Source: Eledone cirrhosa
Taxonomy: Eukaryota
Assembly: GCA_964016885.1 (NCBI GenBank)
Contig: OZ024741.1
Span: 121,706,001 to 121,770,000 of the forward strand
Length of the DNA stretch: 64,000 nucleotides
Direction: 5' to 3'
Shown here: positions 13,147 to 24,800 of the stretch, piece by piece
How the letters are laid out: the number at the start of each line of letters is the position of its first letter
Numbering within the stretch: position 1 is the first letter of the stretch
Notes under the pieces: model-generated
The model's input: only the letters and a program-made list of their open reading frames with translations
The model's database searches: none
What the model was told of the DNA's origin: nothing
Position numbers and translations under genes: made by a program

Positions 13147-13970
13147 GTTCTCTCTTTCTCTTATTTTCGAGTATATTTTTGACCGGCCACCTTCCTGGTG
13201 GCAAGGTTGTAAAAGAAAAGAAATTGTCATCCCTTGAATCGCAAGAATGTTTTGCAAATTTTTAAGGTGCCAGCTGTCGCAGCCATTTGTAGACTATGAA
13301 TTAGGGAGCTGCACTCTTTCTCCACAAATCCAAGTTCAGTCATACTTTGGTCCAAGTGGGTTGGTATATAACCTGTAGCTCCAATAATGATGGGTATGAA
13401 GCTGAAGGTGTATCTTCGATACTGGATCTGCAAACTCCTCACCAATGGTCCGTAGATGTCCTTCTCCTGTTTTTTTCTTACAACGTTGACATCAAGCGAG
13501 CAGCTGATCTCTACAACAAAGTACATTTTCAATATGTGGTCCCAAACAACAATATCAGGCCGGTTGTGCTTTAATTTGGTGCCAGTTTTTATTTTCATGT
13601 TCCAACAATATTCTTTAGTGCCATCTATTTCAACATATTCCTCCTCATTTGTTTTTAATTTTGTTTTCCTAAGTGTGCTCCAGATGGTTCTAGCTGTCAC
13701 ATCATGTCTCATAGGGCGGTAGTAGCGAGATGTCAATCTTTCGCAGTTGGCAACAATGTAGCTAACATCTTCGATCTTTGTTTTACATAGCCTACATTTA
13801 TTGTCGACCGATGGCCCTCCTGTATTGCATAGATATATCCTTCAATGTGGGATTTCATAAACTTGTCAGAACTCCATGCCAGGCTTTTTGAATGATTTAT
13901 CCCCTCTATGGTCTGTCTTTTTCGTCTCAAGTATTCATGCACAATTTCCTTTGTAAATTGGTCCATTTTT
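13147..13970 (-). mobile_element. R4/Dong-type element family B, 5'-truncated
   Basis: ORF 13227-13736 with RHD, HNRPDIVVWD and VEISC; distinct 3' UTR; flanked by (TATG)n. Confidence 0.88.
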
Positions 13971-14137
13971 TATGTATGTATGTATGTATGTATGTATGTA
14001 TGTATGTATGTATGTATGTATGTATGTATGTATGTATGTATGTATGTATGTATGTATGTATGTGTATGCATGCATACATGTTTGTCTGACTGTAGGTATG
14101 TATACATACACATATACACATACATATATAATATATA

Positions 14138-14193
<56 letters not shown>

Positions 14194-14316
14194 GGAGGTG
14201 AGTTTTATTGTAGTACAATAAAGCAATGCAGATATCGGATAAGAAGCACTCTACAGTTTGTAGGACTGGAGTATACATAATATATAAGATCAAAAGATGG
14301 TTAAATGAGTTCCATG

Positions 14317-14387
14317 TATTTTATTATGCGCATTTCAAAAACAAATATCATCATGCAATAATATTTGTGTTTTCATCAGATAAAATA
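14317..14387 (-). ncRNA. Type I hammerhead ribozyme (mirror copy)
   Basis: Exact reverse complement of 14446-14516. Confidence 0.85.
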
Positions 14388-14445
14388 GGAGGACATGATA
14401 TGAAGGTTAAAAACACTTGTTTTTAACCTTCATATCATGTCCTCC

Positions 14446-14516
14446 TATTTTATCTGATGAAAACACAAATATTATTGCATGATGATATTTGTTTTTGAAA
14501 TGCGCATAATAAAATA
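14446..14516 (+). ncRNA. Type I hammerhead ribozyme
   Basis: UAUUUUAU-CUGAUGA-[~16-bp stem II]-GAAA-U-GCGC-AUA^-AUAAAAUA; perfect 8-bp stem I and palindromic stem III AUGCGCAU. Confidence 0.88.
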
Positions 14517-14544
14517 CATGGAACTCATTTAACCATCTTTTGAT

Positions 14545-14577
<33 letters not shown>

Positions 14578-14579
<2 letters not shown>

Positions 14580-16705
14580 GTAGAACACTGGAAGGTAATA
14601 TCCGTAGTGTTAGAACACTCAGTCCATGGGACGAGTTAGGTAGAAGTGGTTACACAACAGTTAGTTCACCATACCGAGAACAATTGTTTCACCTTAGCGG
14701 ATCCTCAGCTCGTAATGGACATGGTTATACGGAACAGGAAGGACAACCGTACGAACGCGCATGCGCAGAAACCGTCACTTCACACAGGCAATACTAAAAA
14801 GCGCGCGAGAGGTGTAAGGGAGATAACTGCGAAAGTCCGAAAAGTTTCTAGTTGATAAGAAAATTAGGATGTTGTTGTGATTCAATCCGGCGCTTTGTAG
14901 TTATGTAAGAGGTGTTTCGAGACGTTTGGGCAACGTGTGAAGAATTCATTTCTCGTATTTAGGCAATCACTATTGCATAATCTCTTTAGAATATTTATTT
15001 GTTCATCAATACATAGTCCACACGACGCATTTCCCCTTGCGTAAGGCTTGGACTTAGTGATGGCTTTCCATTGAATGGAGTAGTCTATACTTGAGTCCTT
15101 GAGGGACCATACGCGGCTCGCGAGTTTCGTGGATGAACGTCTGTCCGGGTACCTAAAGATCGACTGGTGGTTCAGGAAGCGTTCCTTAAATCGGCCTTCC
15201 ACCATACCCACATAGGATTTGACCTCCTGTGGTTGATTTGGTCGGTTGGAAGTGACCACAGCTTCATAAATTACAGCAGGTGTATTGCATTGCTGTTGAA
15301 GGGGACAAGCTTCGGGCTTACGGCAAGAGCACCCTGGTGGGTGTTGCTCTTAGGGCTGTAGGTGATGTGGGCCTTCATGTTCTTAGCGCAGGAGTATCCT
15401 AGTTTTACTTTGTGTCGGTTAAAGATGGAGCGGTATTTATGACCTATGGGAAAGTGTCTATCTAAGAGGGCTAGACATTTTTTTCCTACATTGGTTTTAA
15501 CGTTGAGTGAGCAGGGAGGAGAGAACCAGATAGTTTGTCTATTGTTACGCTTTCTTTTCTTATAGCTGTTGTTGATAGTGGGAGAGTAAGTAATAGGTTG
15601 TGAGAAGCCGCTGTTAGCTAACGCCGTGTTATAGTAGGGTGCCGCCCTGTCAAAGATAGCCTTATTAGAGGAGAGGTTTGAGATTCTAGTACTGATATTA
15701 TTTACGAAGTTTCTAAAAACAGTGGGAGGGTGGAATGAGTCCTTGTGAATGTAATTGAGTTTTTCGTTTAGCTTATGGAAGGATCTGTAGGTGTGTGTGC
15801 GAAGGTCTAAATTAATGTCTAAGAAATCTACTCTAGAGAGTTTGGTAGTTACTATTATCCTAAGTCCTAACTCATTGAAGGTAGAAGTTAAGTCTTTTTT
15901 AAACCTGTCGAGGTCGTGACCACTTTATGGCTCGATAAGGTCAGTCCGTCGCCGCGGTATATTCCCGTGTGGAAGTCCGGGAATCTAACACGTAATGTAT
16001 CTAAAATAAATAGGCCAACCAAGTCGCATACGTCAGCACTGTCAAACGATCCCATGCAGACGTCGAATAGGTCTGAAGTTGTTGACTTCTTTGCCCAGGC
16101 TACTCCGTCGTTGAAGAGGAGGGTTTTCCGGCAGTGAGCGATGATTTCCCTGTCTAAACCATCGACGGTGGTGTAAGTGGTAGCGAAGTCCAACGCTTTG
16201 TTTAACATGTTCTCTGAGATCGACGGGTAAAAATCAATGTCGAACTGTGTGAACTTCGCTTTTTTGGATTTGAAGGAGTTGAACCACTTAATTACGGAGT
16301 CGCTGTTCTCCCACTGGGACAGGTTGGACTTGGTCCTAATGGTCATAACTATGTTTCTAAGTATGGCCTTACTGATTAGTCCCATATCTGTGCGTGCCGG
16401 GTTTATTAGTCTAGAGATTGTAGCTTCTTATCTACCTTAAGGGCGGCGGCAAGTTCTTTGGCTTCTGTATTAATGTCGTCGTAGGCCATAGGGTTAGCTT
16501 TCTTATATTTGGAAGTAATAGCGTTATAGGCCAGATGGCGGAAAGTGGTGTTGTCGACTTCGTAAATATTATTAGTTTTGTCGGAAAGAACCAAAGTGTT
16601 ATTAGAAGACCTACATTTTTTAATATCATTTCTAAATTTAGTTTGAAAAGTGTTAGGATGTTTGCGAAAGGAAATGTTAGCGACTAAGTCAAGAAGGTCC
16701 ACCAA
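14578..16705 (-). mobile_element. Penelope-like element (Hydra-clade-like), degenerate
   Basis: RT motifs QFDI-DFYPSI, MGSFDSADVCDLVG and IYRGDGL; linker CSCRKPEACPLQQQC; GIY-YIG VIY..YVG..RF.NH, CGLC.DE, LNTRNE; 3' pLTR region with a hammerhead, ending at (TA)n. Confidence 0.88.
14675..14712 (-). ncRNA. Minimal type I hammerhead in the PLE 3' pLTR
   Basis: CGAG-CUGAGGA-UCC GCUAA GGU-GAAAC-AAUU-GUU^-CUCG. Confidence 0.75.
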
Positions 16706-16719
16706 CTCGCGGTTGAGTG

Positions 16720-16768
16720 AATGTCACTGCTGAAGCATTAACGAATCTTGAAACAGCTGTCTGTCATT
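16720..16768 (+). ncRNA. Degenerate type I hammerhead
   Basis: AAUGUCA-CUGcUGA-..-GAAAC-AGCU-GUC^-UGUCAUU; one core mismatch and an imperfect stem II. Confidence 0.55.
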
Positions 16769-16923
16769 TTCAACGGCTTCTGAGAGATATGTGACATGTT
16801 CACAGAGCAAAAGGAAGACAAATAATTTGTTCATGCTGAAAAATATTATTTTTCTTAAATAACGAAGATCTCATGTTTATTGCATATAAACATGTAGTCT
16901 ATGTGTACATACAACCCTATTAT

Positions 16924-16961
<38 letters not shown>

Positions 16962-16969
16962 CCCCCACC

Positions 16970-17030
<61 letters not shown>

Positions 17031-17366
17031 AATTTTTGGGGGTCGTTTTGGAAGCCTCAACAATGCAGATGGGTAAATCTCCGGGTAACGGAATCCGGTG
17101 GTGAAGAGAGAGATGTAAGAGGAAATGTAGAATGAGATGTATAGTGTGTAGAGGAACGTAGGAAAGAGCTTAAAAAATAAAAATAATAACACACGATAGA
17201 GTTACCTTGGGAGAGATTTAATTGTCCCTATATTTCGGATTCGCATCCATCAAATGGGGTGTTTTCCGGGAGGGGAATGTTATCTGTCGGAGAGGAACGG
17301 TACGTGGCCTATGTTGTCACCAGCGGTTTATTATTCCACAATGCTTCAAGCAAACTTCAATACTCT

Positions 17367-17399
<33 letters not shown>

Positions 17400-17601
17400 C
17401 GTTTCTGAATTTGTTTAGCAAGATTCTTTATTTGAAAACGTGTGTTGAAACCGATATTGTTATGCTTTGGGAGGGTCATGTTGCCAATAAGAAACACACG
17501 CACCAGTTACTTTCACTCCAGTTTATTATAAATTAAATTTATAAATTTAAGAATTTATAAATTTCCGGTTGGTTCCACAACGAGACGATTGTTCATATAT
17601 T

Positions 17602-17644
17602 GTCAAAGTTCTTTCGTCACACATTCTGTGATCTCTTCAGTGAC
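17602..17644 (-). ncRNA. Type I hammerhead in a PLE pLTR remnant
   Basis: GUCA-CUGAAGA-GaUCACA GAAUG UGUGAC-GAAAG-AA-CUU^-UGAC. Confidence 0.75.
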
Positions 17645-18021
17645 TGGGGATTCTTTTCTTTGTTTTTGTGCCTCTCCTTTGTTCTGTCCTACGCCATCTT
17701 CATATATATTTATATATTTATATATATGTATGTCATGTTTGAGATAATCTCAAACATGCGCCTTATGCCCTAAGAAGAAGCTCAAATAATAAATCTGAGC
17801 ATTTAATCATTACAAAATAGGGAATGACATATACATATATATCTAATGATATACACGTACAATAGAACATATCAACTTTAACAGGAGATAATCTTCATTA
17901 AATGTAAGAACACATGGTTCATTTCGGTATCATATTAAAATTTAACAAACATTTAAAATTTAATAAATTTAAAATACCTGATAAAAATTATATATATTTC
18001 TCCTTTATACGTATCCTTCAG

Positions 18022-18049
18022 AAATTATGAATACGTTTCATCAAAAAAT
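18022..18049 (+). CDS. Tentative 28-nt microexon of the RasGEF gene (NYEYVSSKN)
   Basis: Pyrimidine tract plus 'ccttcag|' acceptor and '|gtaagt' donor; open in the phase required by exon 19470. Confidence 0.4.
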
Positions 18050-18255
18050 GTAAGTGCTGTTAGATGATCGATCAGGATCGTCAGTAAAGGAGAGTCGATC
18101 CATCTGACCTTACACACAAAAAATACAGAACTGAGAACAACGAAAGAAGCACATTGTTATAAAGAATCACTGTATACTATCACTGTCTCAGTGATGTGAA
18201 AGGGTTTAAAAACAACTAGGAATAGCAGCCTAATCACTTAACCTCCCCCCCCCAC

Positions 18256-18288
<33 letters not shown>

Positions 18289-18309
18289 CACATATATATA
18301 TATATATGC

Positions 18310-18382
<73 letters not shown>

Positions 18383-18559
18383 AAGGTTAAACAATGTTCA
18401 ATGAATAAATCAAAGAGTGAGTTTTACAATAGATTGGAAGCACTCAACGGTTTGGTTTTCCAGAGATATTAATATTAATTCAAAATATTATCAAAAATAG
18501 ACATTCGTATTATACATATTTCAGAAGTACTGCCATGATAGAATTATTATGTCTCAACA

Positions 18560-18717
18560 ACAAACTTTTGACCAATCCTTGTGACAATCACTTTTACCAT
18601 ATATGGAATTACCCCCTGAGAAGCTCGGCTATTCAAATACCAGGATAACATTTTTTATTTAGTCCAGAATTAGCCGTCGAAACGGCTTGAGCTCAGCCGT
18701 CGGGGTCCTACTCGTTG

Positions 18718-18718
<1 letters not shown>
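18560..18718. repeat. Dispersed repeat with a fixed end abutting (TA)n; inverted copies at 38052-38190 and 43190-43250
   Basis: Shared 'agtccagaattagccgtcgaaacggcttgagctcagccgtcggggtc.tact.gtt.cta(ta)n'. Confidence 0.7.
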
Positions 18719-18787
<69 letters not shown>

Positions 18788-19268
18788 GCATTTTCGATTT
18801 CATCTTTTTTTCTTTATACTTTCACTCGTGTAGGACACCTCGGTTATTTTTCATTTTGTAAAAAAAACCTCACTTTCTAATATATATATATATATATGGA
18901 ACTTCTACCTTGTTGAAAATCCAAGTCTCCACTTCTGTGGTTTACCATCTGATTAATTGGTGAAATATATTTCTTTAATGGAATATATACAGGGAAGATT
19001 AATCATATTATAAGGTATCTATTTTTGAAGTTCTGGTCAACTTTATTTAGTTACCTGCCTAGCTTTTTGTGGTTACACACTTGTAAAAATTATCTCCTGT
19101 GATTATTCATGTTTATTTATATGTTAATCAATCTCTAGTTATTCTAAAATGCTCGGACCTACTCGTTAGAATCTTAGAGTTTATTTTGCGGGTGATAAGG
19201 CGCATGTCTTTCTGGCATGACACCCATAATTTTGATTTAGATTAAATTCGTTTGATTTATCTTAATTT

Positions 19269-19314
<46 letters not shown>

Positions 19315-19357
19315 TTCAAAATATTAACAAAAATAGACATTCGTGTGATCAAGTATG

Positions 19358-19389
<32 letters not shown>

Positions 19390-19469
19390 CACATGCATAT
19401 GTACACACACTCCCAAAAATATATCTGTGCATAATAACAAATTATATATATATATATTTATTTCTATAG

Positions 19470-19528
19470 GTATGGAATGCACAATCGAAACTTCGAGAGT
19501 ACAAATATTATACACGAGAAACAATCCA
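19470..19528 (+). CDS. Candidate exon of the RasGEF gene (VWNAQSKLREYKYYTRETI-Q)
   Basis: 'tttctatag|' acceptor and '|gtaagt' donor; 59 nt, phase-compatible with 34523. Confidence 0.55.
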
Positions 19529-19604
19529 GTAAGTTGATAGTCTTATGTTGTATATGCTATTCTGGTTGTAATTGTTGTTGTGATCATTATGGTTGTTGTT
19601 ATAA

Positions 19605-19748
19605 AGAGTTACGGCCCTTTATGGTCTGAGTTCAAATCCTGCCGATGTTAACTTTGCTTTTCATCCTTACAGGGTCGATAAAATAAAGTACCAGTAATAC
19701 ACTAGAATATATATTGCTGGCCTTGTGCCAACAGTAGAAACAATTATT
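19605..19748 (+). mobile_element. tRNA-derived SINE family 1, 5'-truncated, at the left edge of the giant satellite
   Basis: gagttcaaatcc B-box and 'ctttcatccttac.gggtcgataaaataaagtaccag...agtagaaacaattatt' as in 37015-37402. Confidence 0.85.
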
Positions 19749-21756
19749 GTTGTTATCATTGTTGTAGTTGTTGTTGTGGTTGTTGTAGTTGGTGGGGTTG
19801 TTGTTGTTGTTGTGGTTATTGTTGTTGTTGTTGTTGTGGTTATTGTGGTAGGTGTGGTTGTTGTTGCTTTTATTGTTGTAGTTGTGGTTGTTGTGGTTGT
19901 TGTTGTTGTTGTTGTTGTGGTTAATGTTGTTGTGATTATTGTTGTTGTGGTTATTGTTGTTGTGATTATTGTTGTTGTGGTTATTGTTGTTGTTGTGTTT
20001 ATTGTTGCTGTTGTTGTGGTTATTATGGTTATTGTTGGTGATATTGTTGTTGTGGTTATTGTGGTTGTTGTGTTTATTGTTGTTGTTGTTGTTATTGTTG
20101 TTGTGGTTATTGTTGGTGATATTGTTGTTGTGGTTACTGTTGGTGATATTGTTGTGGTTATTGTTGTTGTTGTGTTTATTGTTGTTGTTGTTATTGTTGT
20201 GGTTATTATTGTTGTGGTTATTGTTGTTGTGGTTATTGTTGTTGTTGTTGTTGTTGGGGTTATTGTTAGTGTGGTTATTATTGTTGCTGTTGTTGTTGTT
20301 GTTGTTGTTGTTGTGGTTATTGTTGTTGTGGTTATTATTGTTGTGGTTATTGTTGTTGTGGTTATTGTTGTTGTTGTTGTTGTTGGGGTTATTGTTATTG
20401 TGGTTATTATTGTTGTTGTGGTTGTTGTGGTTATTGTTGGTGTGGTTATTGTTGTTGTTATTGTTGTTGTTAGTGTTGTGGTTATTGTTGTTGTGTTTAT
20501 TGTTATTATTCTTGTTATTGTTGTTGTGGTTATTGTTATTATTCTTGTTATTGTTGTTGTGGTTATTGTTGTTGTGGTCATTGTTGTTGTGGTTATTGTT
20601 GTTATGGTTATTGTTGTGGTTATATTGTTTTGGTTTTTGTTGTTATAGTTATTGTTGTTGTGGTTATTGTTGTTATGGTTATTGTTGTTGTGGTTATTGT
20701 TGTTGTGGTTTTTGTTGTTGTGGTTATTGTTTTTGTGGTTATTGTTGTTGTTATTGTTGTTGTGGTTATAGTTGTTGTGGTTATTGTTGTTGTGGTTATT
20801 GTTGTTGTGGTTATTGTTTTTGTGGTTATTGTTGTTGTTATTGTTGTTGTGGTTATTGTTGTTGTAGTTATTGTTGTTGTGGTTATTGTTGTTGTGGTAA
20901 TTGTTGTTGTAGTTATTGTTTTTGTTGTTATTGTTGTTGTGATTATTGTTGTTGTAGTTATTGTTGTTGTGGTTATTGTTGTTGTGGTTATTGTTGTGGT
21001 GGTCATTGTTGTTGTTATTGTTGTTTCGGTTATTGTTGTTATGGTTATTGTTGTGGTTATTTTTGTTGTGGTTATTGTTGTTGTAGTTATTGTTGTTGTA
21101 GTTATTGTTGTTGTGGTTATTGTTGTTGTGGTTATTGTTGTTGTAGTTATTGTTTTTGTTCTTATTGTTGTTGTGGTTATTGTTGTAGTTATTTTTGATG
21201 TAGCTATTGTTGTTGTGGTTATTGTTGTTGTGTTTATTGTTGTTATGGTTATTGTTGTTGTGGTTGTTGTTGTTGTTGTTGTTGTGATTATTGTGGTTGT
21301 GGTTATCGTTGTTGTTGTTATTGTTGTAGTTATTGTTGTTGTGGTTATTGTTGTGGTTATATTTGTTGTGGTTATTGTTGTTGTAGTTATTATTGTTGTG
21401 GTTATTGTTGTTGTGGTTATTGTTGTTGTGGTTATTGTTGTTATGGTTATTGTTGTGCTTATTTTGTTGTGGTTATTGTTGTTGTAGTTATTGTTGTTGT
21501 GGTTATTGTTGTTATGGTTATTGTTGTTGTGGTTATTGTTGTTGTGCTTATTATTGTTGCGGTTATTGTTTTTGTGGTTATTGTTGTTGTTATTGTTGTT
21601 GTGGTTATTGTTGTTGTAGTTATTGTTGTTGTGGTTATTGTTGTTGTGGTTATTGTTGTTGTGGTTATTGTTGTTGTGGTTATTGTTGTTGTGGTTATTG
21701 TTGTTGTAGTTATTGTTGTTGTAGTTATTGTTGTTGTGGTTATTGTTGTTGTGGTT

Positions 21757-21823
<67 letters not shown>

Positions 21824-24800
21824 TTGTTGTTGTGATTATTGTGGTTGTGGTTATTGTTGATGTTATTGTTGTAGTTATTGTTGTTGTGGTTATTGTTGTG
21901 GTACTATTTGTTGTCGTTATTGTTGTTGTAGTTATTGTTGTTGTGGTTATTGTTGTTGTGGTTATTGTTGTGGTTATTTTGTTGTGGTTATTGTTGTTGT
22001 AGTTATTGCTGTTGTGGTTATTGTTGTTGTAGTTATTTTTGTTGTGGTTATTGTTGTTGTGGGTATTGTTGTTGTGTTTATTGTTGTTATGGTTATTGTT
22101 GTGGTTATTTTGTTGTGTTTATTGTTGTTGTAGTTATTGCTATTGTGGTTATTGTTGTTGTAATTATTGTTGTTGTGGTTATTGTTGTTGTGGTTATTGT
22201 TGTTGTGGTAATTGTTGTTGTGTTTATTGTTGTTGTGGTTATTGTTTTTGTGGTTATTTTTCTTGTGTTTATTGTTGTGGTGGTTATTGTTGTTGTTATT
22301 GTTGTTTCGGTTATTGCTTTGTGTTTATTGTTGTTGTAGTTATTGTTGTTGTGGTCTTTGTTGTTGTTGTGGTGGTTATTGTTATGGTTATTGTTGTTTC
22401 GGTTATTGCTTTTTGTTTATTGTTGTTGTGGTTTTTGTTGTTGTTGTTGTGGTTATTGTTGCGGTTATTGTTGTTGTGGTTATTGTTTTTGTGGTTATTG
22501 TTGTTGTAGTTATTGTTGTTGTGGTTATTGTTGTAGTTAATGGTGTTGTAGTTATTGTTGTTGTGGTTATTGTTGTTGTGGTTATTGTTGTTGTTGTTGT
22601 TGTTGTGATTATTGTTGTTGTGGTTATTGTTGTTTTTGTTATTGTTGTAGTTATTGTTGTTGTGGTTATTTTTGTTGTGGTTATTGTTGTTGTAGTTATT
22701 GTTGTTGTGGTTATTGTTGTTGTGGTTATTGTTGTGTTTATTTTGTTTTGGTTATTGTTGTTGTAGTTATTCCTGTTGTGGTTATTGCTGTTATTGTTAT
22801 TGTTGTTGTGGTTATTTTTGTTGTGGTTATTGTTATCGTAGTTATTTTTGGTGTGGTTATTATTGTTGTTGTTGTTGTGGTTATTTTTGTTGTGGTTATT
22901 TTTGTGGTTATTTTTATTGTTGTGGTTATTGTTGTTGTTGTTGTTGTTGTTGTGGTTATTGTTGTTGTTGCTATTGTTGTTGTAGTTATTGTTTTTGTGG
23001 TTATTGTTGTTGTGGTTATTTTGTTGTGGTTATTGTTGTTGTGGTTATTGTTGTAGTTATTGTTGTTGTGGTTATTGTTGTTATGGTTATTGTTGTTGTG
23101 GTTATTGTTGTTGTGGTTATTGTTGTTGTAGTTATTGTTGTTGTGGTTGTTGTTGTAGTTGTTGTTGTGATTATTGTGGTTGTGGTTATTGTTGTTGTTG
23201 TTATTGTTGTAGTTATTGTTGTTGTGGTTATTGTTGTTGTGGTTATTGTTGTTGTGGTTATTGTTGTTGTGGTAATTGTTGTTGTAGTTATTGTTTTTGT
23301 TGTTATTGTTGTTGTGATTATTGTTGTTGTAGTTATTGTTGTTGTGGTTATTGTTGTTGTGGTTATTGTTGTGGTGGTCATTGTTGTTGTTATTGTTGTT
23401 TCGGTTATTGCTTTGTGTTTATTGTTGTTGTAGTTATTGTTTTTGTGGTCATTGTTGTTGTGGTTATTTTGTTGTGGTTATTGTTGTTGTGGTTATTGTT
23501 GTAGTTATTGTTGTTGTGGTTATTGTTGTTATGGTTATTGTTGTTGTGGTTATTGTTGTTGTGGTTATTGTTGTTGTAGTTATTGTTGTTGTAGCTATTG
23601 TTGTTGTGGTTATTGTTGTTGTAGTTATTGTTTTTGTTCTTATTATTGTTGTGGTTATTGTTGTAGTTATTGTTGTTGTATCTATTGTTGTTGTGGTTAT
23701 TGTTGTTGTGGTTATTGTTGTTATGGTTATTGTTGTTGTGGTTATTGTTGTTGTGGTTATTGTTGTTGTGGTTATTGTTGTTGTGGTTATTGTTTTTGTG
23801 GTTATTGTTGTTGTTATTGTTGTTGTGGTTATTTTTGTTGTAGTTATTGCTGTTGTGGTTATTGTTGTTATGGTTATTGTTGTGGTTATTTTGTTGTGGT
23901 TATTGTTGTTGTAGTTATTGTTGTTGTGGTTTTTGTTGTTGTGGTTATTGTTGTTGTAGTTATTGTTGTTGTGGTTATTGTTGTTATGGTTATTGTTGTT
24001 GTGGTTATTGTTGTTGTGGTTATTGTTGTTGTGGTTATTGTTTTTGTGGTTATTGTTGTTGTTATTGTTGTTGTGGTTATTGTTGTTGTAGTTATTGCTG
24101 TTGTGGTTATTGTTGTTATGGTTATTGTTGTGGTTATTTTGTTGTGGTTATTGTTGTTGTAGTTATTGTTGTTGTGGTTATTGTTGTTATGGTTATTGTT
24201 GTTGTGGTTATTGTTGTTGTGGTTTTTGTTGTTGTGGTTATTGTTTTTGTGGTTATTGTTGTTGTTATTGTTGTTGTGGTTATAGTTGTTGTGTTTATTG
24301 TTGTTGTGGTTATTGTTGTTGTGGTTATTGTTTTTGTGGTTATTGTTGTTGTTGTTGTTGTGGTTATTTTTGTTGTGGTTATTTTTGTGGTTATTTTTAT
24401 TGTTGTGGTTATTGTTGTTGTTGTTGTTGTGGTTATTGTTGTTGTTGCTATTGTTGTTGTAGTTATTGTTGTTGTGGTTATTGTTGTTGTAGTTATTGTT
24501 GTTGTGGTTATTGTTGTTGTGGTAATTGTTGTTGTAGTTATTGTTTTTGTTGTTATTGTTGTTGTGATTATTGTTGTTGTGGTTATTGTTGTGGTGGTCA
24601 TTGTTGTTGTTATTGTTGTTTCGGTTATTGCTTTGTGTTTATTGTTGTTGTAGTCATTGTTGTTGTGGTTATTGTTGTTATGGTTATTGTTGTGGTTATT
24701 TTTGTTGTGGTTATTGTTGTTGTAGTTATTGTTGTTGTAGTTATTGTTGTTGTGGTTATTGTTGTTGTGGTTATTGTTGTTGTAGTTATTGTTTTTGTTC

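Larger units (their letters stand above)
14280..14553. repeat. Perfect palindrome (136-bp arms, 2-nt spacer) with one hammerhead per arm
   Basis: Arms are reverse complements about the centre 14416-14417; the right end runs into (TA)n. Confidence 0.92.

Noticed and set aside
17885-17903. 19-nt AG..GT microexon candidate
   Set aside because: Contains a stop in the phase needed to join 18022; could be UTR but unsupported.
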